Assembly: GCA_040290255.1 (NCBI GenBank)
Contig: PSMU01000003.1
Location: forward strand, 1 to 64,000
Length of the DNA stretch: 64,000 nt
Source of the DNA: Nitrososphaerota archaeon
GTDB taxonomy: Archaea > Thermoproteota > Nitrososphaeria > PSMU01
Direction: 5' to 3'
In this document: positions 55,470 to 64,000 of the stretch, piece after piece
Position numbering within the stretch: position 1 is the stretch's first letter
Layout of the letters: the number at the start of each line of letters is the position of its first letter
Position numbers and translations under genes: made by a program
Notes under the pieces: generated by a model
What the model was told of the DNA's origin: nothing
The model's database searches: none
What the model saw: the letters and a program-made list of their open reading frames with translations, nothing else

Positions 55470-56297
55470 TCATCCCCTCTCTAGCAGATAATAATTCCTC
55501 CTCGTTGCACCTGCCCTTTCCGAGAGCAGGTCCGTCGCTATGTAGCCCTTGGCGAAGTAGTGTTCGAAGATCTCCCTTGTGGCGCGCCTCCACTCCCGCG
55601 CCGCCTCGAGGCTCTGCTCCTTGAGCGCGTTGATGTTATCCGGTATCTCGATGAGCAGCGCCGGTGCCTCTACATCCAGGCCATACGAAATGATGGCCCT
55701 CATGCCAGACCTGAGGGGCCTTGTCTTGGTCACCAGCTTAGCCCCCTGGCTCATGAGCTCCGCGAGCGTGCTCGCCGCCCTCCTGCCGCTTATTGAGGCT
55801 TCGACCCTCTCGCTCCTTATCCACCATTCTGCCAAGAACCTATCGCTCTCCAGCCCCGCGTTGAGCCTATCCTCCATCAGGCCATAATAGTTCCTATAAT
55901 AGGTCCTGCAGACGGCGCCCAGCTTATGAAGGTTAAAGTAGGCATTGGCCCCCTGGAGGGGATCAAACGTCCAGAGCACTAGGTCGAGCCCCTGGGAGAG
56001 CGCGAACTCCCTCTGCGCCAGCTTTAGCTGGAAGCCTATGTCCCTGTACCGAGCCTCCTCGAGGACCCCGCAGATATGAGAGTAGTGAATCAGCTTGCCC
56101 TCCCTCCTCCCCAAGAAGCCCACCAGCATGCCCACCATCTTCTCCTGCTCGTCATAGGCGCCCAGCACAAGCCCGCCGTTATCCTGAATGGCCCTGAGCA
56201 GCGTAGCCGGTATGGGCTCCGAGCCCCAGATGCTCCTCTGCACGGCCTCGCATTCCTTGAGCTGCTCGACGGAGGAGAGCCTCTCGATCCTGACCAC
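55470..56297 (-). CDS. GNAT acyltransferase (NSAR-associated N-succinyltransferase-like)
   Basis: HYSH..GV, IG..LKLAQR, WTFDPL, NAYFN..KLG, NYYG, SDRF..EW. Confidence 0.9.
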   Translation of the reverse strand: MVRIERLSSVEQLKECEAVQRSIWGSEPIPATLLRAIQDNGGLVLGAYDEQEKMVGMLVGFLGRREGKLIHYSHICGVLEEARYRDIGFQLKLAQREFALSQGLDLVLWTFDPLQGANAYFNLHKLGAVCRTYYRNYYGLMEDRLNAGLESDRFLAEWWIRSERVEASISGRRAASTLAELMSQGAKLVTKTRPLRSGMRAIISYGLDVEAPALLIEIPDNINALKEQSLEAAREWRRATREIFEHYFAKGYIATDLLSERAGATRRNYYLLERG

Positions 56298-56445
56298 GCG
56301 GAGGGTGGGCCCCCGACATAAAAATCGTTTAGCCGAGGGCGCCATGCCTTTATAGGCGAGCGCGCGGATAACAGGGCGTGGGGTCGCCGACCAGGCTCGC
56401 CTCATGCTCGCGGCCCGAGGCCTGGGGGCCCCCGGGCCCGTACCG

Positions 56446-57366
56446 ATGAGCGCCGACCATGGCCAGATCGCCGCAGGCTACAGGGAAGGCGAGAGGGTCG
56501 CCTGGCTTTCCATCTGGACGCTGGCCGGCATAGGACTCTTCGAGCTCATCGTGGCGCTGTACTCTAACAGCGTCGGGCTGCTGGCCGATGGGCTCGATTC
56601 CCTCGCCGATGCCGTAATTTCGCTCATAATCTGGTGGGGGCTTAGGCTCTCGAGGCGCAAGCCCGACCGGTACTTTCACTTCGGCTACCACAAGCTGGAG
56701 AGCCTCGGGGCCCTGCTCGCCAGCATGGGCATGGTCATCCTGGCCTCCTTCATCATCTATAGGGCCTGGGGTTACCTAGTGCATCCCCACGAGATAAGGT
56801 ATCCCCTGCTGGCCCTGGGCGCTCTTCTCTTGGCTGGCCTAATGAGCCTGCAGAGGGCTCTTAAGATGAACCGCGTGGCCAAGGCCTATGGGCTCATTAG
56901 CCTTAGGACGGGGGCCTACAACTCGATCAAGGACGCCTCGGGCTCCTTTGTGGTCTTCGGGGGCGTCCTGGCCTCCGCCCTCGGCCTTGCCTGGATGGAC
57001 GCGGTCGCGGCCATGGTTCTGGCCGCCTACATCTACAGCGTATCCTACGTGGCCATAAAGGAGTCCAGCCTTATCCTCATAGACGCCTTTAATGCGCCCG
57101 AGGTGCTCGCCCAGGTGAGGGAGCTCGTGCAGGCGGTGGAGGGCGTCAGGGGCGTGGCGGAGATAAGGCTCCGGCACCTTGGCCCCTACATAACCGGGCG
57201 CATCGCCGTGGCCGTCGACCCTACCATGAGCGTGGCCGCCGCCCAGGGGATAGTGAGGGGGGTGGAGCATGTGCTGAGGCAGCGCCTGGGCCGCCTGAGA
57301 GACCTGGCCATATACGCGGTGCCGCTGGCGCAGCCTGACCCAGGTGGGCCGGCCGGCGATGAATAG
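56446..57366 (+). CDS. cation diffusion facilitator transporter
   Basis: S.GLLADG.DS..D, PD..FHFGY.K.E, C-terminal dimerisation domain. Confidence 0.93.
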   Translation: MSADHGQIAAGYREGERVAWLSIWTLAGIGLFELIVALYSNSVGLLADGLDSLADAVISLIIWWGLRLSRRKPDRYFHFGYHKLESLGALLASMGMVILASFIIYRAWGYLVHPHEIRYPLLALGALLLAGLMSLQRALKMNRVAKAYGLISLRTGAYNSIKDASGSFVVFGGVLASALGLAWMDAVAAMVLAAYIYSVSYVAIKESSLILIDAFNAPEVLAQVRELVQAVEGVRGVAEIRLRHLGPYITGRIAVAVDPTMSVAAAQGIVRGVEHVLRQRLGRLRDLAIYAVPLAQPDPGGPAGDE

Positions 57367-57430
57367 GCTCCTAAGGATGGGAGATATGCGCGGCGAGGTG
57401 GCGGGCGCTTCGCAGGCGCTCGGGTAGGGC

Positions 57431-57813
57431 ATGGGCGAGGAGCTTGAGCTGCTGAGCGACCTGGGCGTGCCCACGATAACCTTGCTGGGGATGGCCTAAT
57501 GTTCGCCAGGCTCAGGCTTCCCACCGTGGCCGCCCAGATCCTCGCGGGCATGCTCGTAGGCCCCTTCGGCCTGGGCTGGATCAGGAACACGGGCGTGATA
57601 GCGCAGATGGCCGGCCTGGGCGTGACGCTGCTGCTCTTCACGATAGGCGTGGAACTCGACCCGCTCGTGATGAGGAGGCTGCTGGGAAAGGTGCTGGCCC
57701 TCACCGCCGCCGAGATGGCCATCGCGCTGGCCCTGGGCCTAATAGAGGGCATGACCTTTTCCCTCCTGGGGCTCATGGTGCTGGGCAGGTCCTGGCCTGG
57801 TCGACACCGATGA
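57431..57813 (+). pseudogene. frameshifted and truncated CPA2 (Kef-type) cation:proton antiporter
   Basis: MGEELELLSDLG..GMA* then shifted frame RLRLP....ILAGMLVGP.GLG, LGV.LLLF.IG.E; ends after about 125 codons. Confidence 0.85.
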
Positions 57814-57890
57814 GGCTAGGGCGCGCGGGCTTGGCCAGGCCCGAGCATCCCCTGAGGCCGTTAAGGGACTGAGCGCTGGATCGGGAGGAC

Positions 57891-58541
57891 TTACTGCGAC
57901 CTAGAAAGATATGCCGCCACGTCGAAGGCGGCCAGGGCCCCGAGGATGGGGCCGAGCCAGTAGGCCCATTGCGATGAGAAGTTGGCGCTGGCCAGCGCAG
58001 GGCCAAAGGCCCTTGCGGGGTTCAGCGCCGCGCCCGTAAGAGGCCCCCCTGCTAGAATGGCGGCTGCGAGCGTCAGCCCTATGGCGAGACCTCCCATGGG
58101 CTCTGGGACCTTGCCTGCCACGGCGACCTGGTAGATGACCAGGGCCAAGAAGAAGGTGAGCACCGCTTCTATGAGGAAGGCCAACCCCGAGCTGCCCCCT
58201 ATCTTCGCGGTGGGCAACGTCAGGCCATAGTAGGTACTGCTCCACGGCGTTATTACGGCGTGAAGGAGCCCCGCGATGGAGGCGCCCGCCAGCTGCGCCA
58301 GGACATATCCCAGCGCCTCCCGCCCCGTAAGCCTCCTCAGGGCGTACATCGCCAGTGATATCGCGGGGTTTATGTGACAGCCCGATATGGCGCCCAGCGC
58401 ATAGGCCATCACCGCCAGGATAAAGCCATGGGCCAGGGCGACGACCACAAGCGAGCCTGAGACATCCACCGAGAGGCTGCCGATGAAGACGAGCGCGAAG
58501 GTGCCTATGAGCTCCGCCACGAGCCTGCGCTCAAGGCTCAT
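57891..58541 (-). CDS. aqpZ: aquaporin (MIP family)
   Basis: AELIGT, ISGCHINPA, LNPARAFGP, YWLGP. Confidence 0.95.
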   Translation of the reverse strand: MSLERRLVAELIGTFALVFIGSLSVDVSGSLVVVALAHGFILAVMAYALGAISGCHINPAISLAMYALRRLTGREALGYVLAQLAGASIAGLLHAVITPWSSTYYGLTLPTAKIGGSSGLAFLIEAVLTFFLALVIYQVAVAGKVPEPMGGLAIGLTLAAAILAGGPLTGAALNPARAFGPALASANFSSQWAYWLGPILGALAAFDVAAYLSRSQ

Positions 58542-58659
58542 CCCGCCCGCCCTAAAGGGGCCTCTATTTAGCCTTCAAGTGCGGGACTATATGGACGTGC
58601 CGAGGGGGACCCGCCGGCTCCCGAACAAGAATAATTAAGGCGCCACGGGCCTGGGGCGC

Positions 58660-59154
58660 GTGGCCGCCCTGAAAAGGAAGAGGGCCCTGCCGAAGCGCTT
58701 CCTCTTACCTACACTTCTGCTCATTTTCCTCGCCGCCCTGATGGCCTACGCCGGGCTCAGGGGCACCCCCTCCTCAACCTCGATAAACGGCATACTCTGT
58801 GAGGAGGTGCACTCGCTGCCCTTGGCCTATCATTGGCACACGAGGCTGTTGCTCTACAACGCGGGCCAGCCCGTCTTAATTCCCGCCAACATAGGCGTGC
58901 GGCCCAATTGCATGTACTGGCTGCACACGCATGATGCCACGGGCCTGATACACATCGAGCCCACGCAGAACCGCCTCTTCACGCTGAGCGATTTCCTCGG
59001 GATCTGGGGCGTCAACATAACCGCCACCTCCTTCTTCGGCAAGCCCGTGCTCAAGCCGCTCAACATAACCGTGGACGGGCAGCCCTACCGGGGCGATCCC
59101 GGCGCCATTGAGCTCAGGGACAACAGGACCATTGTCATCTCCTCTGACCCTTAG
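58660..59154 (+). CDS. membrane-anchored His-rich hypothetical protein
   Basis: N-terminal TM, HWH, IPANIG, C.YWLHTHD.TG.IHIE, TL.DF..IWG. Confidence 0.8.
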   Translation: MAALKRKRALPKRFLLPTLLLIFLAALMAYAGLRGTPSSTSINGILCEEVHSLPLAYHWHTRLLLYNAGQPVLIPANIGVRPNCMYWLHTHDATGLIHIEPTQNRLFTLSDFLGIWGVNITATSFFGKPVLKPLNITVDGQPYRGDPGAIELRDNRTIVISSDP

Positions 59155-59174
59155 CCCTTGGGCACCTCGGGGGG

Positions 59175-61010
59175 CTAGATGCGGAGGCCGGTCATGTTCT
59201 TATCCTCGAAGCTGAGCGCCTCGAAAATAAGCCCCAGCTGCCTGGCATACCTGTAGGCCTCGAGGATTTCATCCCTGCTGGGCCGCCTGGCCATGGGCGC
59301 GTACCTTGGGTCGAACTTGGGCGAGCGGGGGTCGCAGTAGTTGTCCGGATGGTACTGGTCCATGATGTTCACGGGCACCTCGGGCACGTGGCTGGCGATC
59401 CAGTCCAGCACCGGCTTGGTGCAGCACTCGACATGGCCCGGCATGATCAGGTGCCTGATCACCATGTCCTCGCCCCACTCGTGCACGATGCCGTGGTTCT
59501 TCGTGACCGTCTCCCAGTACCAGGGCGTTCTGGCGAGCAGCAGGGCGCAGCGCCCCGGCCCGAACTTAAAGTCCGGCAGCCAGACATCGATGAGCAGGCG
59601 TAGGATCTTGAGGCTCTCCTCGCTCATGAAGAAGTTGGAGTTCCAGAGCTGAGGCGCGTTGAGCTCCCCCTCATAATGGGCCTCCTGGGCCCTCAAGGGC
59701 CATGCGAGCCCATCCTCCGCCTTGGCCAGGCCGATGTAGGCCAGCTCCTCGTGACTGGGCCTGATGCTGCCCAACAGGCTGATCGCCTCCACGATCGTGT
59801 GCAGGTGAACGGTGGGCTCGCCCCCTACCCAGTTGATGTTGTGGCAGCCCTCCATGCGGAGCTGCCAGGCCATCAGCGCCACCAGGCGTGGGCTGACGGG
59901 GATGCCGTTATCCTTGTCCGTGCTGATGTCGCCGTTCTGGCAGTTCCCCACCGCGAAGAAGTTGGCCACATAGGTATGGCTGAAGTCGTCCACCTCAAGG
60001 TTATACACCGGCCCCTCATAGGCCTGGCACGTTACGCCCGCCACGGGCACCGCGAGGCCATATTCCAGCTGTAGGCATGCGGCCCGGGCTTTGCCGTTAG
60101 GGGCTGGGGCCTCAGCGCCATTCATGGGGGACAAAGCCTGCAGGGGCTCCTGCCACCCAGAGACCCTGGGCATGAGCAAGAGGTCCCCCTTCGAGAGCTC
60201 CGCGGCCCGCGCCTGCTTCAGCTGGCCCTCCGAGGGGCTATAGATGACGACCTCGTGCTCGGGCGTAAAGCTAAGCGGGGGACCATAGAGGGGCTTCACC
60301 GTGACCAGCTTTCCGCGGTAGCCGTGCCGGAAGACCTTCGTGGCCCTTGCGGGCCTGCCCTTGTACGTGTACACATATAGCGCGTCGGGAAGGGCGATAA
60401 GGCCCTGCTGCCGGCGCACGTAGGACCCTGCCGCCCTATAGAGCTCGGAGATGGCGACGGGCCCGTCCTTGGTCAGGACGAGGGCATCGGGCGGCAGGCA
60501 GAAGGCACAGCGCATGTTACAGCTCGTGAAGAAGATCGTGCCGGAGCCCCTTGTGCCCCTGAAGACCAGCTCCTCGCCAGGATGGTGAAAGTACGAAGCA
60601 ACGCGAGAGGTGCTCTCAAGCTGACAGGTCCCATGTTTTGCGCCACCGCTCCTGTCCACGCGGCAGTTCCAGCGGCAAAAGTTGCAGTGCGTGAGCATGC
60701 GCCTGGTGAGCTCCACACAGAGGTCGAGTAGGGAGGGCCTGGCCTTGGGCAGGTCGCCAAGCCTTAGCTCGCCCCGCCGGACCCTTGCCCAGAGGTCGAG
60801 GAAGGATCTCGTGCCCTCCTCCAGGGCCTGCCAGAGCTCCGCCTCCTCCGCCCTCTTGAGGTCGAGCCCCTGGCTTAAGGGTATGCGCCTGCAGAGCAGG
60901 TACTTGGCCGGCATCCTGTTGGTCGCGACGGCGTAATACCACGGCAGCCTATCGCCGAGCCTCTTCCATATCCACAGGTCCTCGAAGCCGCCGAGTGCCC
61001 TCCTAAGCAT
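59175..61010 (-). CDS. PflX-like radical SAM protein containing an intein
   Basis: C.FC...C.VDR, H.GEE, SGTIFF.SCNMRCAF[intein]CQN.DIS, VGGEP, DFKFG, RHL.MPGH, M.QY.P. Confidence 0.93.
   Translation of the reverse strand: MLRRALGGFEDLWIWKRLGDRLPWYYAVATNRMPAKYLLCRRIPLSQGLDLKRAEEAELWQALEEGTRSFLDLWARVRRGELRLGDLPKARPSLLDLCVELTRRMLTHCNFCRWNCRVDRSGGAKHGTCQLESTSRVASYFHHPGEELVFRGTRGSGTIFFTSCNMRCAFCLPPDALVLTKDGPVAISELYRAAGSYVRRQQGLIALPDALYVYTYKGRPARATKVFRHGYRGKLVTVKPLYGPPLSFTPEHEVVIYSPSEGQLKQARAAELSKGDLLLMPRVSGWQEPLQALSPMNGAEAPAPNGKARAACLQLEYGLAVPVAGVTCQAYEGPVYNLEVDDFSHTYVANFFAVGNCQNGDISTDKDNGIPVSPRLVALMAWQLRMEGCHNINWVGGEPTVHLHTIVEAISLLGSIRPSHEELAYIGLAKAEDGLAWPLRAQEAHYEGELNAPQLWNSNFFMSEESLKILRLLIDVWLPDFKFGPGRCALLLARTPWYWETVTKNHGIVHEWGEDMVIRHLIMPGHVECCTKPVLDWIASHVPEVPVNIMDQYHPDNYCDPRSPKFDPRYAPMARRPSRDEILEAYRYARQLGLIFEALSFEDKNMTGLRI
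59943..60500 (-). mobile_element. mini-intein (186 aa, no homing endonuclease)
   Basis: Block A CLPPDALVLT, block B FTPEH, block F VYNLEV...HTY, terminal VGN followed by +1 Cys. Confidence 0.93.
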
Positions 61011-62842
61011 TAAGCAGAAGCATTACGTGGCCCCTTATTTGCCTTAGCTCCCTGGCCCAAGTGCCTCGCCAGGAAGGCGACCACGGCCTTATACTGCCGC
61101 ACGAGGTTTTCGACCTTCTGGGGCCCATGCCCCTCTCCTTTCACCACATGGAACTCATGCGGCCGGCCCAGCTGTCTTAGCCTGTCCACGAACTTCTGCA
61201 CGGGCGCCAGGGGGCAACGGGAGTCGTTGGCCCTGTGCCAGATGAGCAGCGGGGCCCTGATGTTCTCCACGAAGTTGATGGCGGACCTATCCCTGAACAA
61301 CGAGGCCTTTTCCTCGGGCTTTCCCAGCAGCTCCTCGATGAAGGACCTAAAGACGGCGTCCGAAAGCTCGTACATCTCTAGCCAGTCCGTGATGCCCACT
61401 ATGGCCGCGCCGGCGCTCCAGAGCTCGGGGCTCTTCACCAACGCCAGGTAGGTCATGAAGCCGCCATAGCTAGCGCCCGCTATGGCCACCTTGCCCTCCG
61501 GTGCCAAGCCCGCCTCCAGCAGGTAGCGCCGGCCGTGCACGATGTCCTGTAAGTCAGCGCCCCCGGGGTCCCCTATGTTCATCCGCTCGAACTCCGCGCC
61601 GTACCCCGTGCTTCCCCTGAAGTTGGGACAGAGCACGTGAAAGCCTCCCGCGCAGAGGGCCATGATGGCCGGGTTCCATTCATCGGCCACCTCCCACCAG
61701 GGCCCGCCATGCACCCAGACCACGCAGCCCTTGGGCCTGCCCGCCCTGTACAGGAGAAGAAAGGACGGGATCTGCAGCCCATCGAAGGAGGGGTAGCTGA
61801 CGAACTTGGCCTCGACGCGCGGCACGGCCTGCGCTGCCCTTTCAACGGCCAGCTGCACGGGCCGCTTGGCCCCCACCTTAAGCTTTAGGAGCCTGGGCGG
61901 CCTGGTCAAGGAGGACCATGAGAGGAGAAAGAAGGAGCCATCGGAACTTGGAATCGCGTTGCTTATGCTCCCCTCGGGCACGGGCAACGGCCGGGCCTCG
62001 CCTCGCAAGGGCATGGTGTACAGCCTGCAGCGCCCCGCGCGCTTCGCTACGAACCATATCCCCTCGCCGGAGGGCAGCCAGCCGTAGGCAGTAAAATCAT
62101 CGCCCAGGCCCGCCAGATACAGGTGCTCGACCTCCTCGGCCTCGACGTCATAGATGGCCAAGTCATAAGGGCCGGTCACGTTCGTCTTGAACAGCACGAG
62201 CCGCTTGCCGGGATGCCAGCGCGGGCCCGAGTTTTCGCTCCCGTGCTTTGGAGTATAAATAGTGGATGTGCCATCCTCGGGGCTAATGAACAGGAGCTCC
62301 AGGGACCTGGGCGCCTCGGTGCTCTTCACGCTGCAGGCAAGCAGGGAGCCATCGCGGTGCCACTCGGGAAAGAAGATGGGGCCCCTGCTGGAGTAGAGCT
62401 TCCTCATCGAGCCCGATGGGACGTCCAAAAGCCAGAGGCAGTTCTCCCTGCGCGTGCTGCCCACGAGCGCTATTATTTGGTCCCTTGGAGCCCATTCGCA
62501 TTGGAAGGCCCTTACCCCCCTGAGGCGGCCCACTCGCCTCTCCTGGGCGCCGCTTACATCCCCTACGAAGAGCTTATGCCTCTCGTTGCCGCCGAAGTCC
62601 CTCAGGAAGGCTACGGTGCGAGAATCGGGCGCGACCTTGGCCCAGCTCACCCTCTCCTCACCATGTGAGACCTGCCTCAGCATGCCATCCCTTAGCCTCA
62701 AGGCCCACAGCTGGTAAGAGCCGCTCCTGTTGCTGAGGAGCAGGGCATGCCCATCATCCCTCGAGAGGTCCAGCAGCACGAGGTCCGGGATGCGAAGCAC
62801 GCGCTCCACGACCTTCAGCGCGGCGGTCGCTTTAGCGGGCAT
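61010..62842 (-). CDS. S9 family (acylaminoacyl/prolyl oligo-) peptidase
   Basis: Beta-propeller, HGGP, NFRGSTGYG, GASYGG, NDSRCP, EGHG; start could alternatively be 62866 or 62875. Confidence 0.95.
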   Translation of the reverse strand: MPAKATAALKVVERVLRIPDLVLLDLSRDDGHALLLSNRSGSYQLWALRLRDGMLRQVSHGEERVSWAKVAPDSRTVAFLRDFGGNERHKLFVGDVSGAQERRVGRLRGVRAFQCEWAPRDQIIALVGSTRRENCLWLLDVPSGSMRKLYSSRGPIFFPEWHRDGSLLACSVKSTEAPRSLELLFISPEDGTSTIYTPKHGSENSGPRWHPGKRLVLFKTNVTGPYDLAIYDVEAEEVEHLYLAGLGDDFTAYGWLPSGEGIWFVAKRAGRCRLYTMPLRGEARPLPVPEGSISNAIPSSDGSFFLLSWSSLTRPPRLLKLKVGAKRPVQLAVERAAQAVPRVEAKFVSYPSFDGLQIPSFLLLYRAGRPKGCVVWVHGGPWWEVADEWNPAIMALCAGGFHVLCPNFRGSTGYGAEFERMNIGDPGGADLQDIVHGRRYLLEAGLAPEGKVAIAGASYGGFMTYLALVKSPELWSAGAAIVGITDWLEMYELSDAVFRSFIEELLGKPEEKASLFRDRSAINFVENIRAPLLIWHRANDSRCPLAPVQKFVDRLRQLGRPHEFHVVKGEGHGPQKVENLVRQYKAVVAFLARHLGQGAKANKGPRNASA

Positions 62843-62926
62843 TAGGGCCCTTTTGAGGGCTCCCATAAAAACCATTCCTGGCCTGCCGCGGAGCCTGGGC
62901 CATGGCGCGGGAAGGGCCTCGCCGAG

Positions 62927-63694
62927 CTAAGAGAGCAGGCCAAGAACGATGAGGAAGAGGCCTAGGAAGCCCAACGAATAGGTGGAGCTCTCGGCGAAAA
63001 CGCTGGCCTTCAGCCTTCTCTCCACCAGGCCCGCCGACCTGACCGCGGCGTAGGCGATGAGGCCCTGGGTGCCCATAGTGCCCAGCCCGAACAGCAGGCC
63101 CACCAGCCATCCCAGCGAGGCGGGGAGCAGGATCCCGGAGAAGGCAACGGTGTAGGCCAGGACGGCGATGAAATCCCCGCCGAAGGCGGCCGTAAGGCCA
63201 TGAACCCAGATGAGCTTGTATGAAGGCCGCTTGGGGCGATGCTGCTCGCCATTCCCGCTCAACAGAAGGTAGGAGGCCACGCCCAGCATGATGAGCCCCG
63301 CAAGGATGTCCACGAGCGGCGCGAAGCGAGACCCCACGAGCTCCTGCTTGAGCAGCGAAGCGGCCCCCGCCAGCAGCGTCCAGATGCTGGTCAGCGCGCC
63401 CGTGAAGATCAGCGAGGCGAGCACGCCCTTCCTTACGCTGCCTTGGCCCAGCGCATAGGGCACCGTGATGGGCCATGTATGCTCATCGGGCTTAAGGCCG
63501 TGAAGAAGCCCCAGGAGCAGGGCTATGAGGGGCGCCCAAGGCCCCAGCGAGCGCTCTAGGAGGGGGCCCACGCCCTCCAGCGAAGAGGGCAGCGAAAGGA
63601 CGGCTACGATGATGGCCAGGGCTATAACGGCGCCGAAGAAGAGGGGGCGCCTAAGCCTTGGAAAGGGCCTTCCGCTATGGCTGGGATTGGGCAT
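62927..63694 (-). CDS. NiCoT/UreH-like metal transporter family membrane protein
   Basis: LLHGLKPDEH, WVHGL, FGLGTM; multi-TM. Confidence 0.75.
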   Translation of the reverse strand: MPNPSHSGRPFPRLRRPLFFGAVIALAIIVAVLSLPSSLEGVGPLLERSLGPWAPLIALLLGLLHGLKPDEHTWPITVPYALGQGSVRKGVLASLIFTGALTSIWTLLAGAASLLKQELVGSRFAPLVDILAGLIMLGVASYLLLSGNGEQHRPKRPSYKLIWVHGLTAAFGGDFIAVLAYTVAFSGILLPASLGWLVGLLFGLGTMGTQGLIAYAAVRSAGLVERRLKASVFAESSTYSLGFLGLFLIVLGLLS

Positions 63695-64000
63695 GCTGCT
63701 CCTCCCCCGGGATGGGGTTGCCGTGCGGGCAGAGCTTGGGGTGATTTAGGAGCCGGCAGAGGGCGTTCAGCGCTTCATCGGGCAGGGCCGCCCCTATATC
63801 CCCGCTGAACAGGCAGGCCTTCTGGGGCGGCAGGCCCGCCCTTTCAAAGATAACCTCCAGCAGCCTGTGGGCGCGGTCAAGCTTTGATGCTGCGAGGCCC
63901 CCCTCCTTAGAGAGCCTATAGCCGGTGGGCCCCTTTTCGACCAAACCCCTCCTGATGAGCCTGTCCAGCAGCTCCAGCGCGGTAGGGGGCCTCACGCCCA
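63675..64000 (-). CDS. DtxR/MntR-family metal-dependent regulator (5' truncated by window edge)
   Basis: HTH, HRLLE, P..CPHGNPIP. Confidence 0.9.
   Translation of the reverse strand, partial: GVRPPTALELLDRLIRRGLVEKGPTGYRLSKEGGLAASKLDRAHRLLEVIFERAGLPPQKACLFSGDIGAALPDEALNALCRLLNHPKLCPHGNPIPGEEQHAQSQP

Noticed and set aside
52304-62842. PqqD + radical SAM + S9 peptidase as a RiPP cluster
   Set aside because: The genes are separated by unrelated loci, the radical SAM is PflX-like without SPASM, and no precursor peptide is seen.
1-64000. CRISPR array, rRNA, IS elements, C/D-box sRNAs
   Set aside because: No regularly spaced repeats, rRNA-like sequence, transposase or convincing intergenic C/D box pairs found by eye; intergenic gaps are mostly short.

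Overview
GC-rich archaeal chromosome segment, probably a thermophilic TACK lineage such as non-ammonia-oxidising Nitrososphaerota (inferred from the archaeal shikimate route, nurA-herA-mre11-rad50, TATA-led leaderless genes and a BHB-intron tRNA). Mostly core and heterotrophy genes: two peptide ABC systems, glycosylation genes, tRNA-Ser(UGA), HMG-CoA synthase, a lysC-asd-aro operon, the recombination operon, transporters and peptidases. No CRISPR array, rRNA, transposase or provirus was seen, and no single clearly new multi-gene system is demonstrated. The best leads are: (1) a bacterial-type protein O-mannosyltransferase divergent from a lipid-P-mannose synthase; (2) a tRNA with two introns, one only 10 nt; (3) an R2lox-like protein with a rewritten metal site beside SCP2, Fe-ADH and MBL genes; (4) a ThrH-SerA fusion; (5) a mini-intein inside the CxxxCxxC of a radical SAM enzyme; (6) an in-frame UGA in RNase HI; (7) a scrambled lysC 5' end with a short upstream ORF; (8) a chorismate mutase fused to an apparently dead aminotransferase. 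Three pseudogene remnants are also visible. All calls are by-eye motif recognition; no searches were run.
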